Positions 1 through 9,310 of a stretch of DNA of 64,000 nt are shown in pieces; position 1 is the stretch's first letter, and each line of letters opens with the position of its first letter. A program made the position numbers and the translations under genes. Origin of the DNA: Eubacteriales bacterium (lineage in GTDB: Bacteria; Bacillota; Clostridia; Oscillospirales; CAG-272); contig JAZTXO010000006.1 of the NCBI GenBank assembly GCA_045636445.1, positions 5,077-69,076 of the forward strand. The letters run 5' to 3'. The notes under the pieces were generated by a model, which worked only from the letters and a program-made list of their open reading frames with translations, made no database searches and had not been told where the DNA came from.

Positions 1-2
1 GA

Positions 3-809
3 AATGACGGCTTTCACGATATTGAAAGTGTTATGCACTCTGTCTCTCTTTTTGACGTGGTTTCGGTAGAGTTTTTTGAGTCTGATTCCGTAGATATAAG
101 GCTTTCTTCTAACCATGATGATATACCTCTTGATTCAACAAATTTGGTGTATCGAGCAGCAGATGCATATTTTCGAAGATTCGAAATTGTTTGTGGTGTG
201 AAAATAACTTTGGAAAAACATATTCCGGTTGCTGCGGGGTTAGGCGGTGGATCTTCCGATGCTGCAGCTATGCTGAGAGTGCTGAACAAGCATTTTTGCA
301 GAGCAGAGGAAAAAGAACTTTATGAACTGGCAGCGAGCCTTGGAAGCGATGTGCCGTTCTGCCTTTACGGTAAAACCGCCCTTTGCTTTGGACGCGGAGA
401 AATAATTGAGCCTATGGACGCTATAATAAATTATTATTTTGTTATAGCGATAGGTAAGGAAAGAGTTTCCACGCCAATAGCGTTTCGTGAAATAGATAAG
501 ATTAGATTTATAGACGACTCTTTCTCAACTTCGAAATTTGATTATAAAGCTATCGCTGATGCAATAAATAAGGGCGATGATTTCACTCCCTTTATGTATA
601 ATGAATTCGAAGAAGTAACCGATATAAGAGATATTTATATTATTAAAAATATAATGAAGGAAAATGGTTCGTTAAATGCTCTCATGAGTGGAAGCGGCCC
701 TTCTGTTTTTGGAGTTTTTTCTTCCGAAAAAGAAGCTGCGAGCGCCTGCGAATCCCTTCGTTTGGCAGGATTTGAAGCTTATAATGTTGTTTCGATAAAT
801 AAAAAATAG
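3..809 (+). CDS. ispE: 4-diphosphocytidyl-2-C-methyl-D-erythritol kinase (5'-truncated by window edge)
   Basis: Frame is open from the window start (NDGFHDIESVM); GHMP motif KHIPVAAGLGGGSSDAAA, LGSDVPF, MSGSGPSVF. Confidence 0.95.
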   Translation, partial: NDGFHDIESVMHSVSLFDVVSVEFFESDSVDIRLSSNHDDIPLDSTNLVYRAADAYFRRFEIVCGVKITLEKHIPVAAGLGGGSSDAAAMLRVLNKHFCRAEEKELYELAASLGSDVPFCLYGKTALCFGRGEIIEPMDAIINYYFVIAIGKERVSTPIAFREIDKIRFIDDSFSTSKFDYKAIADAINKGDDFTPFMYNEFEEVTDIRDIYIIKNIMKENGSLNALMSGSGPSVFGVFSSEKEAASACESLRLAGFEAYNVVSINKK

Positions 810-818
810 AGGTAGTTT

Positions 819-1568
819 ATGATTTACGACCTTGTAGCCGAATTTTATGATAAGATAAACGCCGATCTTGATTATGAAAAATGGGCGGATTTTATTGAAT
901 GTATAATCCGGAAGAACTGCTCTTCAAAGCCTGAACTTGTGCTAGATCTTGGCTGCGGAACGGGAAAAATGACCATCGAGCTTGCGAGGCGCGGTTATGA
1001 CATGACGGGAATTGATTATTCACCCGAAATGCTTGATATTGCAAGAGATTCATCAGAAAAGAATGGTTTTAACATTCTTTGGTTAAACCAGGATATGCGT
1101 GAATTTGAGCTATACGGAACGGTTGACGTAACCGTTTCCTGCCTTGATTGCATTAATCATATCACCGCACCTTCGGATCTTGATAAAGTTTTTTCTTTGG
1201 TTCATAACTATCTTATACCCGAAGGATTATTTATATTTGATATAAATGGCAAATATAAGTTCGAAAAGGTGTATTCCGATCGCTCTTACGTAATGGAAGA
1301 GGACGGGGGAGTTTGTATTTGGCAGAATTTTTATAATGAAAAAAGCAAACTGTGTGACTTCTATATAACTCTTTTCAAGGAAGAGTGTAGTGGGAATTAC
1401 GTGAGGTATGACGAAACTCAAAGAGAGCGTATGTATCCATTAGAAACAATAAAAAAGAAACTGAAAAAAAGCGGATTTGAGTTTATCGGAGCTTATTCGG
1501 ATTTTGAATTTACCCCCGGTAACGATGATTCTGAACGTATATACATAGTTGCAAGATGTAAAAAATAA
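819..1568 (+). CDS. Class I SAM-dependent methyltransferase
   Basis: Motif I VLDLGCGTG, GIDYSPEML, QDMR, GLFIFD; RBS gaggt upstream. Confidence 0.9.
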   Translation: MIYDLVAEFYDKINADLDYEKWADFIECIIRKNCSSKPELVLDLGCGTGKMTIELARRGYDMTGIDYSPEMLDIARDSSEKNGFNILWLNQDMREFELYGTVDVTVSCLDCINHITAPSDLDKVFSLVHNYLIPEGLFIFDINGKYKFEKVYSDRSYVMEEDGGVCIWQNFYNEKSKLCDFYITLFKEECSGNYVRYDETQRERMYPLETIKKKLKKSGFEFIGAYSDFEFTPGNDDSERIYIVARCKK

Positions 1569-1578
1569 GGAGTATATA

Positions 1579-2469
1579 ATGAGCGATTTAAGCAAATCAA
1601 CAATACTTAGAGGAATGACAAGAGATGGTTCTGCCCGATTTTTAGTCATCAATTCGAGAAAAATCATCAATGATATGATTTCTTTTCATAAAACCAGTCC
1701 CACGGCTACCGCAGCTCTGGGCAGAACGATTACTGCAGCTTCCATGATTGGAACAATGCTCCCCGAGCAGGGTGATAGCGTTACTATTTCTATTTCCGGA
1801 GACGGCGATGCCGGAAAAATTATTGCCGTTGGCGATTACTTCGGAAATGTTAAGGGGTATATACAGAATCCCCTTGCTAATCCTCCAAAGAAACCTAATG
1901 GAAAACTTGACGTAGGTGCGGCTGTTGGTAACGGAACTATTTCGTTTGTAAAGGCGGTTGGAGCAAATGAGCCTCAGGTTGGAACTGTTGAGCTTGTAAG
2001 CGGTGAAATTGCAGAGGATATTGCAACTTATTTTGCAAAAAGCGAGCAGATTCCGACAGTTCTTTCGCTTGGCGTTTTGGTCGATAAAGATTATTCCTGC
2101 CTTGCAGCAGGCGGTGTGCTTGTTCAGCTTATGCCTTTTCCGGATGACAACACAGTAGACCTCATAGAGCGTAATGCCGCAGACCTTGTTAACGTTTCAA
2201 GATATTTCAATTCCGGACTCTCAAATGAAGAAATTGCCAAGATTGCTTTGAGAGATATACCTTATGACGTTTTTGACACTCTTGAGGTTGATTATAAATG
2301 TGATTGCGGTCATGATAGAATGAAGAAAAAGATCAAGAGTCTTGGAAAAAAAGAGATCCTTTCTATGCTCGATGAACAGGAAGCAGAAGGGAAGAAAAGA
2401 GAACTGACTGCTATCTGTCGTTTCTGTAACACCGAATACACATATTCCGAATCCGAGCTTTTAAAATAA
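1579..2469 (+). CDS. hslO: Hsp33 redox-regulated chaperone
   Basis: ATAALGR, SGEIAEDIATYFAKSEQIPT, AAGGVLVQLMP, C-terminal CxC (CDC) and CxxC (CRFC); start moved to ATG 1579 after aaggag. Confidence 0.93.
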   Translation: MSDLSKSTILRGMTRDGSARFLVINSRKIINDMISFHKTSPTATAALGRTITAASMIGTMLPEQGDSVTISISGDGDAGKIIAVGDYFGNVKGYIQNPLANPPKKPNGKLDVGAAVGNGTISFVKAVGANEPQVGTVELVSGEIAEDIATYFAKSEQIPTVLSLGVLVDKDYSCLAAGGVLVQLMPFPDDNTVDLIERNAADLVNVSRYFNSGLSNEEIAKIALRDIPYDVFDTLEVDYKCDCGHDRMKKKIKSLGKKEILSMLDEQEAEGKKRELTAICRFCNTEYTYSESELLK

Positions 2470-2472
2470 CTT

Positions 2473-2511
2473 AAAAACTTCGTAAGCATAAACTGTTTAC
2501 GAAGTTTTTTT
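2473..2511 (+). terminator. Rho-independent terminator after hslO
   Basis: aaaaacttcgtaagca / tgtttacgaagttttt inverted repeat ending in a T-run. Confidence 0.75.
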
Positions 2512-2523
2512 GCGAGGTAGGAT

Positions 2524-3069
2524 ATGGTGACCGAAAATATGCTTTTGTTTTTGTCAAAAGATAGTTTGCTAGAGCATATAGAATATGCGAAAAGCATCAG
2601 ATTGCAAATTTCAATAATCGAAAAAAGTTATCCGGGAATATACGAAAAATCTTTTCGCGAAATAATGAACAGTAAAATTCCCAAAGAATGCAAGTTGGAA
2701 CTTAAGAATAAATATGTAGAATATTTATCTCACGAATTATATTTCAAATCATTTGCCAAAAATGATAAGCCTTGTCCAAACATAAAAGAATATTTTTCGT
2801 CGGAAAACGGCTTTTGCTATGAAATGTTAGAGTTTGCGAAGAAGAAAAAATGCGGTTTTGTGTATGTGGTTAAAGATAGAAAATCAGGGGTAAAAATACT
2901 ACATTCATCCGATATAAACACTCCGTTTTTGAATTATACTCCGCTTCTTGCGCTTGATTTGGATGAGCATTCGTATTTTGCTGATTACGGCTTTAAAAGA
3001 GAAGATTATTTGCGTGCGGCAATATCGCATTTAGATTTATCTTTGCTTTTTGTAGATGAAAAGGGTTGA
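2524..3069 (+). CDS. Divergent Fe/Mn superoxide dismutase-like protein
   Basis: SHELYFKSF and PLLALDLDEHSYFADYG resemble SOD motifs NHxxFW and PLLxxDxWEHAYYxDY. Confidence 0.65.
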   Translation: MVTENMLLFLSKDSLLEHIEYAKSIRLQISIIEKSYPGIYEKSFREIMNSKIPKECKLELKNKYVEYLSHELYFKSFAKNDKPCPNIKEYFSSENGFCYEMLEFAKKKKCGFVYVVKDRKSGVKILHSSDINTPFLNYTPLLALDLDEHSYFADYGFKREDYLRAAISHLDLSLLFVDEKG

Positions 3070-3094
3070 CATTATTCTTTTAAAATAGTATAAT
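3066..3094 (+). promoter_or_regulatory. SigA promoter of pfk
   Basis: Perfect TTGACA-N17-TATAAT. Confidence 0.85.
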
Positions 3095-3141
3095 ATTTGT
3101 GTTTAGTAAAAAGGCTCTAATGCCTGAAAGGATGTAAAAAA

Positions 3142-4380
3142 ATGAATTTTTTGCGTGGTAATGCTGTCGTTGGACAGTCGGGTGGCCCTACTGCGGCAAT
3201 AAATGCTACTTTGGCAGGAGTTGTTCGCGGAGCTCTTAAATCAAAAGCTGATGGAGTTATTGATATCTTGTACGGTATGCGTAACGGCATAGAAGGATTT
3301 CTTCAGGAAAATCTTATAAATCTTACCGAGATTTTCTCCGATGAGTCGAAAATAAAGATTCTAGAGCAAACCCCATCGGCCGCTCTCGGTTCTTGCCGTA
3401 AAAAAATGAAGTCTCCCGAAGTTGATCCCGAGACTTACGAAAGACTTATAGAAATATTTAAGAAGTACAATATCAGATATTTCTTCTATATTGGCGGTAA
3501 CGATTCTATGGATACCGTATCAAAGCTTTCTCAGTTCGCAGCAGAGCACGACTATGAAATGCGTGTTGTAGGCGTTCCCAAGACTATAGATAACGATCTT
3601 GCTGCTACCGACCATACTCCCGGATTTGGATCTGCGGCTAAATTTGTTGCGGTTACTATGAAAGAGCTTATCAGAGATATCTCCGTTTATTCTATGAAAG
3701 CTGTTACTATAGTTGAGGTTATGGGCAGAGATGCCGGTTGGCTTACAACAGCAGCAGCTCTTCCCGTTGTTTCGGGCGGAAAAGCTCCCGATCTTATTTA
3801 TCTTCCCGAAAGACCTTTTGATCCCGATAAATTTATTGATTCGATCAATGAGCTTCAAAAGGATCATCCTGCACTGTTGGTGGCTGTATCCGAGGGTATT
3901 AAGTTCCCCGACGGTAGATACGTAGGCGAGGGACTTGGCGGAAGAAAGGTTGATGCTTTCGGTCACGTTGCGCTTTCCGGAGCAGGAAAGGTTCTTGAAG
4001 AGCTGGTAAAGGAAAAGGTAGGATGCAAAGTGCGTTCTATTGAGCTTAACCTTCCTCAAAGATGTGCTGCGCATATTGCATCTGCCACCGATATTGCTGA
4101 GTCTGTTGGCGTTGGTGCGGCAGCTGTCGGCTTCGCTGTTGAAGGTAAAACCGGTGTGATGGCAACCATAGATAGAAATGCCGGCGACGAATATTCTGTT
4201 TCCTTTGGCGCTTCTAATATTGCAGAGATTGCAAACGCTGTAAAGCAGGTTCCTGATGAATATATTAATGAAACTTCTGACGGAATTACCGAAGCGGGAA
4301 TCAACTATCTTAAGCCGCTTATTATGGGCGAATGTGAAATCGTTTATGAAAACGGTATGCCGGTGCATATTGTTCTATAA
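3142..4380 (+). CDS. pfp: Phosphofructokinase, probably pyrophosphate-dependent
   Basis: QSGGP, GGNDS (Asp form), PKTIDND, EVMGRDAGW. Confidence 0.88.
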   Translation: MNFLRGNAVVGQSGGPTAAINATLAGVVRGALKSKADGVIDILYGMRNGIEGFLQENLINLTEIFSDESKIKILEQTPSAALGSCRKKMKSPEVDPETYERLIEIFKKYNIRYFFYIGGNDSMDTVSKLSQFAAEHDYEMRVVGVPKTIDNDLAATDHTPGFGSAAKFVAVTMKELIRDISVYSMKAVTIVEVMGRDAGWLTTAAALPVVSGGKAPDLIYLPERPFDPDKFIDSINELQKDHPALLVAVSEGIKFPDGRYVGEGLGGRKVDAFGHVALSGAGKVLEELVKEKVGCKVRSIELNLPQRCAAHIASATDIAESVGVGAAAVGFAVEGKTGVMATIDRNAGDEYSVSFGASNIAEIANAVKQVPDEYINETSDGITEAGINYLKPLIMGECEIVYENGMPVHIVL

Positions 4381-4393
4381 TTATTAATGTAGA

Positions 4394-4478
4394 TAAAAAG
4401 GGCAGAGATACATTACCTTGTATCTCTGCCTAAAATTTTTATGGGAAAACCGAAGCAATATATCGGTTTTCTTTTTTG
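4394..4478. terminator. Pair of terminators between convergent pfk and lipoprotein operon
   Basis: ggcagagataca/tgtatctctgcc (4401-4430, T-run on minus strand); gaaaaccga/tcggttttc + T-run (4445-4478, plus strand). Confidence 0.75.
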
Positions 4479-4479
4479 T

Positions 4480-6624
4480 TTAGTCAATTGTTGTGTGATA
4501 ATTTGAAAAAACAATTCCTAAACTATAATAGAATACCGTAAGATAGTCGTTTTGACCGTCGGCGCTAATATCTCCTTGGTCCTCTACTACCGTGTTGTTT
4601 ACGGTATGCGCAACGCTTCCGTCGGGCTTGGAAAGTATCTGCGAGTGACCGCCATCTTTCAGTGCAGAAACGGTGGAATTTCCGAAATTCGAATTGTTTC
4701 CGTTGGATTTATTATCGTCCATGTCCAGAACTGTTTTATTTCCGATTGTGATTTTTCCGTCAATGTCGGATTTTCCCATCAAGTCTGACATAATACCTTG
4801 CATTCCGTTATCTATGTTCGGAACCATAAGGTTTACTGCGATTACATTCATCAATTCAAGTTTCTTTTGAACTCCGTTTGTATTTACGAATTTCTCGGTA
4901 ACTACACTTGAATTAAGCGGTTGGAGAGAATCGTCCAGTCCTTTTAGAAGGTCGAAAACAAAGCCTAACTTCATAGCCTGGAACCAAGCTTCATTACCCG
5001 AAACGTAGCTCTCTACGACCGAATCCTCGGAAATGTTGACGACTGCTCCGGAGTATTTGTTGCAATTGTCGTCAGGTGAGTATTGCTGAATAATGAAAGC
5101 CGGTCCTCCGCTTTCGGTGATAATAGAATTTTTAACGTTTGCGGTTAATCTTGGGTATCCAATCGAAAGAGGCTCTTCATCCGAAGATTGTATGGGATTA
5201 TCGCAACCGAGGTAAATGTGGTTTTGCCAGGAGCTGTTAAATCTTGAATTGGTTATGTTTATCGTTTGATAATCGTCTTGCGCAAGTAAACTGATGTAAA
5301 AATATTTAACAACCGAATTCGTAATATTTATGGTATGCTCTGATGTTCTCATCGCAATTAAACCACGCATAGACTTATCGCTGTTTACTTCGGTGTCACT
5401 CTTAGGATTTCCGCCGGTTAAAATTAAGTTTTGCAAGGTGGTTGTGTATTCTGAATGATCGTAATTTTTATCTTTCGATATATTGTTGTCAAAATCAAAC
5501 AGAGCAGTGCTAGAGGCCATACCGTCGAACGGGCCTGTCCCTTCTTTTTGAACGCAGGGAAGCTGATGTGCGTCGATAGTAAAGCAATTACCGTAAATTG
5601 CAAAGCTGTTACTATCTTCTGTATGAGAATAGTTGAAAATAGACAAGCCGTTGTAAAATTCACCGGATCTGTTTCTGTTTACAAAATATTCCCTAGGAAG
5701 ATCGCTCGGTGAAATTTCAAGATCCTTATGTAAAACGATAGAAGCCAACGAATCAGGCTTTTTAGCCATCTTTTCGTTAGATAAAAAGTCATCTATGATT
5801 TCCAACTGTGTTCTTGTTTCATACGAGTCGGTTTCGCTAAAGTCAAAGCCTTCGTCTGAATTCGAAATGAAATTCAGTTCATACGCTTCATAAACATTAT
5901 AACCGTCGACAACCGTTACGTCAAAACTGCGTGTAAAGTTTGCTTCATAACCTGAGATAACGTTTTTAGGCCTCGTGGTTATCGTGAATTTGTTGCCAAT
6001 TGCTTCTTCGGTGAAATTGAAAGCGTTACGGTTTTCGTCAATGACTACGTACTTATCCAACTCTTCTTTAAGAGGCGTTGAACTTCCAAAAAGATAAATT
6101 TCCGATTGGCTGACATAATTTGTGATTATGTGCGGACCGTGTTCAGGAGACATAGCCAAAACGCTGAGCTTGAAAAAGAAATCGTTGTCATCACCGACAA
6201 TATAATCACATTTGGAATCAATAAACGTGTCTTTTGATTTGTTGAAATTAGTAAACGAGTCGGGAAGGGAAACGTTTATTATTGACAGTGCATCGCCATA
6301 CTCATTGTTGTCTACTATTGTTACGGTTTTATATATGGTGAAACCAAAATAATCGTTGTATTTTATTTCAAGCGATTTGTTGCCGGGTGTTGACGTATCA
6401 AGATTACCAAAAATAAGATCGTCGGCATTTACGGTTATAGTTGTTGAATCGTTAAAGACGACCGTAGCCGTAACGTCAGAAAAATCGGGTTGTTCGCCAA
6501 GTAAATATTCCGGTTTTAATCCCGATGTAATTATGAGATCGGATACCGCTTTATCGCCTTTACATGAAGCAAAAACTAAAATTTGAATGAAAATAAATAA
6601 TGTAAATAAAATGCGTTTTTTCAT
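4480..6624 (-). CDS. Lipoprotein with N-terminal bacterial Ig-like (group 3) domain and putative beta-helix region
   Basis: Start MKKRILF at 6624, hydrophobic core, lipobox FASC; EYLLGEQPDFSDVTATVVFND...DTSTPGNKSLEIKY resembles Big_3; paralogue of 6635-8794. Confidence 0.75.
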   Translation of the reverse strand: MKKRILFTLFIFIQILVFASCKGDKAVSDLIITSGLKPEYLLGEQPDFSDVTATVVFNDSTTITVNADDLIFGNLDTSTPGNKSLEIKYNDYFGFTIYKTVTIVDNNEYGDALSIINVSLPDSFTNFNKSKDTFIDSKCDYIVGDDNDFFFKLSVLAMSPEHGPHIITNYVSQSEIYLFGSSTPLKEELDKYVVIDENRNAFNFTEEAIGNKFTITTRPKNVISGYEANFTRSFDVTVVDGYNVYEAYELNFISNSDEGFDFSETDSYETRTQLEIIDDFLSNEKMAKKPDSLASIVLHKDLEISPSDLPREYFVNRNRSGEFYNGLSIFNYSHTEDSNSFAIYGNCFTIDAHQLPCVQKEGTGPFDGMASSTALFDFDNNISKDKNYDHSEYTTTLQNLILTGGNPKSDTEVNSDKSMRGLIAMRTSEHTINITNSVVKYFYISLLAQDDYQTINITNSRFNSSWQNHIYLGCDNPIQSSDEEPLSIGYPRLTANVKNSIITESGGPAFIIQQYSPDDNCNKYSGAVVNISEDSVVESYVSGNEAWFQAMKLGFVFDLLKGLDDSLQPLNSSVVTEKFVNTNGVQKKLELMNVIAVNLMVPNIDNGMQGIMSDLMGKSDIDGKITIGNKTVLDMDDNKSNGNNSNFGNSTVSALKDGGHSQILSKPDGSVAHTVNNTVVEDQGDISADGQNDYLTVFYYSLGIVFSNYHTTID

Positions 6625-6634
6625 AGCAAATAAA

Positions 6635-8794
6635 TCAATGTCCTGTGGTTGAGTGGTAGTTTCCAAAAACAATAGCAAGGGTGTAGAAGAATGCCGTTAT
6701 ATAGTTGTTCTGTTCGGAAGCGGTTATATCTCCGCCATCAATAATTAGTGGAGATGACGGGGAAGTGTGTGCGACTCCGCCGTTCGGGGTGTTCACAACA
6801 AGGCTTGTTGCGGGCGCTTTGTCTTTGACATCGGAAAGAAGCGGGTTCTTGAAGTTGTGGGTTTTGCCGTCATAAGTGTAATCGTCCATATTGATGATTT
6901 CCTTATCACCTATAACAACTTTGCCGTCAACATCGGTTTTTCCTTGGATTGCTACAAATGCGTCGCCAAGTCCGCCGGATAAATCGGGAACAGTAAGGTT
7001 TACGATGATAAGATTGAGCTTTCTCTCGGGGAAGGGACTTCCTTGCTGCGCAACTTCAGTGAAAATTGTTGAGTTCTGTGTTCTCAAAGCATCATCAAAT
7101 CCGGATACGATGGTATTCAAGATATAATCAACGCTTATTCCTATATCAAAAGCTGTAAACCAAGCTTCCTTTCCTGTAACCCAACTTTCTATAACAGAAT
7201 CGTCGGAAATGAAAACATCGGGACCGGAGTGCTGGTTGATTACGCTCTCTGGTTTTTTGGTTTGAAGAACTATTGCAGGGCCACCGCTTTGCTTGATTAC
7301 CGAATTGTTTATGCTCATAGATAAGCGGGGGTATTGCTCTTTGTTAAGAGGCGTTTCATCATCATTTTGAATTGCGTTGTATGAAACAAGATGAATGTGG
7401 CATTGCCATGCATTTGTAAGTTTGCAGTCGTTTAACGAGATGGATTGGTAGTCGTTTTTTGCGGCAAGAGAAGTAAGGAATGCCTCAATCTTTGTGTTTT
7501 CGAGTGAGAGCTTGACATATTGCGTGCTAATGGCATATAAACCAAGCATAGCTTTTTCGGAGCGTCCGGTGTCGTTGGAAGTTGAGTTGTCGTTAAGCAA
7601 ATGCAAACTTTTGATGGTTACAGAATATTTTGTGTGATCGTAATATAAATCTTTGCTGACAGAAGATCCGAATCTTAACAGTTCTGCATTAGAAATAAAA
7701 TCGTCCTGATTTCCTACATTTTCCGCAACAACAGGAGGGAGGTTGAACACACTTACGGTAAAATAATTGCCGTATATTGTGAAGTTCTGTTCTGTTTCGC
7801 TGCATTCATGATTGAAGATAGAAATGAAATCATTGAAATCGTTGTTTCTGTCCTTGTTGTGGAAGTATTCTTTAGGAAGATCGGTTTTGCTTAAATTGAA
7901 ATTGTTGTGAAGTACGATTCCGCTGATTCCTATAGGACGGGAAGCGTTTTTTTCATTGGTCAGGAAATCATCAACGATCTGAAGCTGATTGCGAGTTTCA
8001 TCCGGAAATACTTCCGAAAAATCAAGTCCATCGGTTGAATTGGTTATATAGTTTAATTCATAGGCTTGGTAAATGTTATATCCGTCAACAATCTCAACGG
8101 TTATGGATTTTGTGAATTTATCTTCCTTTCCTTCGTTAACGTCCAAAGGTCTTGTTGCGATTACAAAGCGTTTGCCAATGGCGGCATCGGTGAAATCGAA
8201 ACTATTTTCCTCTTCGTTTATCGTAACGTAATTTAAAAGTTCTTCACCTTCAAGAGGAAGGTTTGAATTTTCAAGATAAACCGAGGAAACGCTGGTATAG
8301 TTAGCTACGCTTGTCGGTATGCCGTGTGAGTTTATAGCGGTTACGTTGAGTTTGAAAATGAAAGGATTATCATCGCCTACTGCATAACAATAATCTTTGT
8401 TTATATAAGACTCTTTTGATACGTTGAATTTGGCTATAGAATCGGGAAGGGTAGCGCTTAATATAGATAACTTGGTAGGGTCGAATGTAACGCCCTTAAC
8501 GGTAACGGCAATATCAATTGTATAACCTTCGTATGTGATTTTTATTAATTTGCTTCCTGCGGTAGATGTATCCAACGGAGAGATTGTTAATTTATCAGCG
8601 CCAATTTCAGCGGTCGTGTCATCATTGTAGGTTGCGATAGCTTTTATACCGGAAAAATCAGGAACTTCGTTTAACTCGTAGCTGTCTTTAATTCCTTCGG
8701 TAACAACAAGCTCAACAACAGCCCTATCGCCAATGCAGGCATTAAACGATATGATGAGCGTTATAGCAAATATAGCAATTAAAACCTTTTTCAT
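6635..8794 (-). CDS. Lipoprotein with N-terminal bacterial Ig-like (group 3) domain and putative beta-helix region
   Basis: MKKVLIAIF..FNAC lipobox; SYELNEVPDFSGIKAIATYND...DTSTAGSKLIKITYEG; RBS agagg. Confidence 0.78.
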   Translation of the reverse strand: MKKVLIAIFAITLIISFNACIGDRAVVELVVTEGIKDSYELNEVPDFSGIKAIATYNDDTTAEIGADKLTISPLDTSTAGSKLIKITYEGYTIDIAVTVKGVTFDPTKLSILSATLPDSIAKFNVSKESYINKDYCYAVGDDNPFIFKLNVTAINSHGIPTSVANYTSVSSVYLENSNLPLEGEELLNYVTINEEENSFDFTDAAIGKRFVIATRPLDVNEGKEDKFTKSITVEIVDGYNIYQAYELNYITNSTDGLDFSEVFPDETRNQLQIVDDFLTNEKNASRPIGISGIVLHNNFNLSKTDLPKEYFHNKDRNNDFNDFISIFNHECSETEQNFTIYGNYFTVSVFNLPPVVAENVGNQDDFISNAELLRFGSSVSKDLYYDHTKYSVTIKSLHLLNDNSTSNDTGRSEKAMLGLYAISTQYVKLSLENTKIEAFLTSLAAKNDYQSISLNDCKLTNAWQCHIHLVSYNAIQNDDETPLNKEQYPRLSMSINNSVIKQSGGPAIVLQTKKPESVINQHSGPDVFISDDSVIESWVTGKEAWFTAFDIGISVDYILNTIVSGFDDALRTQNSTIFTEVAQQGSPFPERKLNLIIVNLTVPDLSGGLGDAFVAIQGKTDVDGKVVIGDKEIINMDDYTYDGKTHNFKNPLLSDVKDKAPATSLVVNTPNGGVAHTSPSSPLIIDGGDITASEQNNYITAFFYTLAIVFGNYHSTTGH

Positions 8795-8860
8795 TAAAAC
8801 CTCTTTTGCTTTGTAATAAAAATTAAAAATTAAAACAGTTTAATCTGCTTTGCTAAAAGC

Positions 8861-9310
8861 TTACTCGTTGATATATATTATAGTTAGCTTGTCACTTACA
8901 GATGAAACTCGGTTTCCTTCATTATCAGAAGCATAAATTCGTACTATAATGATCGAATAAAAACTGTTTGGATCGTGCTTAAATATTGTAACAAGACCGT
9001 CTTCGTTAACTGTTGCCGTGCTGGCGAAGTCTTGGTCTATTTCGAAAAATACCGTTTTGCTGGTAGCATTTTCCGGAGAAAGCACGTACTCGATTTGATA
9101 AGTAAGCAGGCTATTTGGAGTTAAGGGTTTTGATAAGGTTACGTATTTTGTTCCGTCTTCAAGCGTTCCGACGTTTTCACCCGTTATTCCAATATCGGTG
9201 ACAGGAACTATATCAAGTGTATTTTCTTCTGTTTTTGAACCGTAGAAAGTAACGAGCATGATAGATGCTGCGTATATAATTCCGATTAATACGATGACAG
9301 TTTTTTTCAT
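8861..9310 (-). CDS. Membrane-anchored Ig-like (group 2) domain protein
   Basis: N-terminal TM helix, then VLSPENATSKTVFF...ATVNEDGLVT typical of Big_2. Confidence 0.65.
   Translation of the reverse strand: MKKTVIVLIGIIYAASIMLVTFYGSKTEENTLDIVPVTDIGITGENVGTLEDGTKYVTLSKPLTPNSLLTYQIEYVLSPENATSKTVFFEIDQDFASTATVNEDGLVTIFKHDPNSFYSIIIVRIYASDNEGNRVSSVSDKLTIIYINE

Noticed and set aside
3520-4368. 282-aa antisense ORF
   Set aside because: Shadow of pfk codon bias; no RBS or motif
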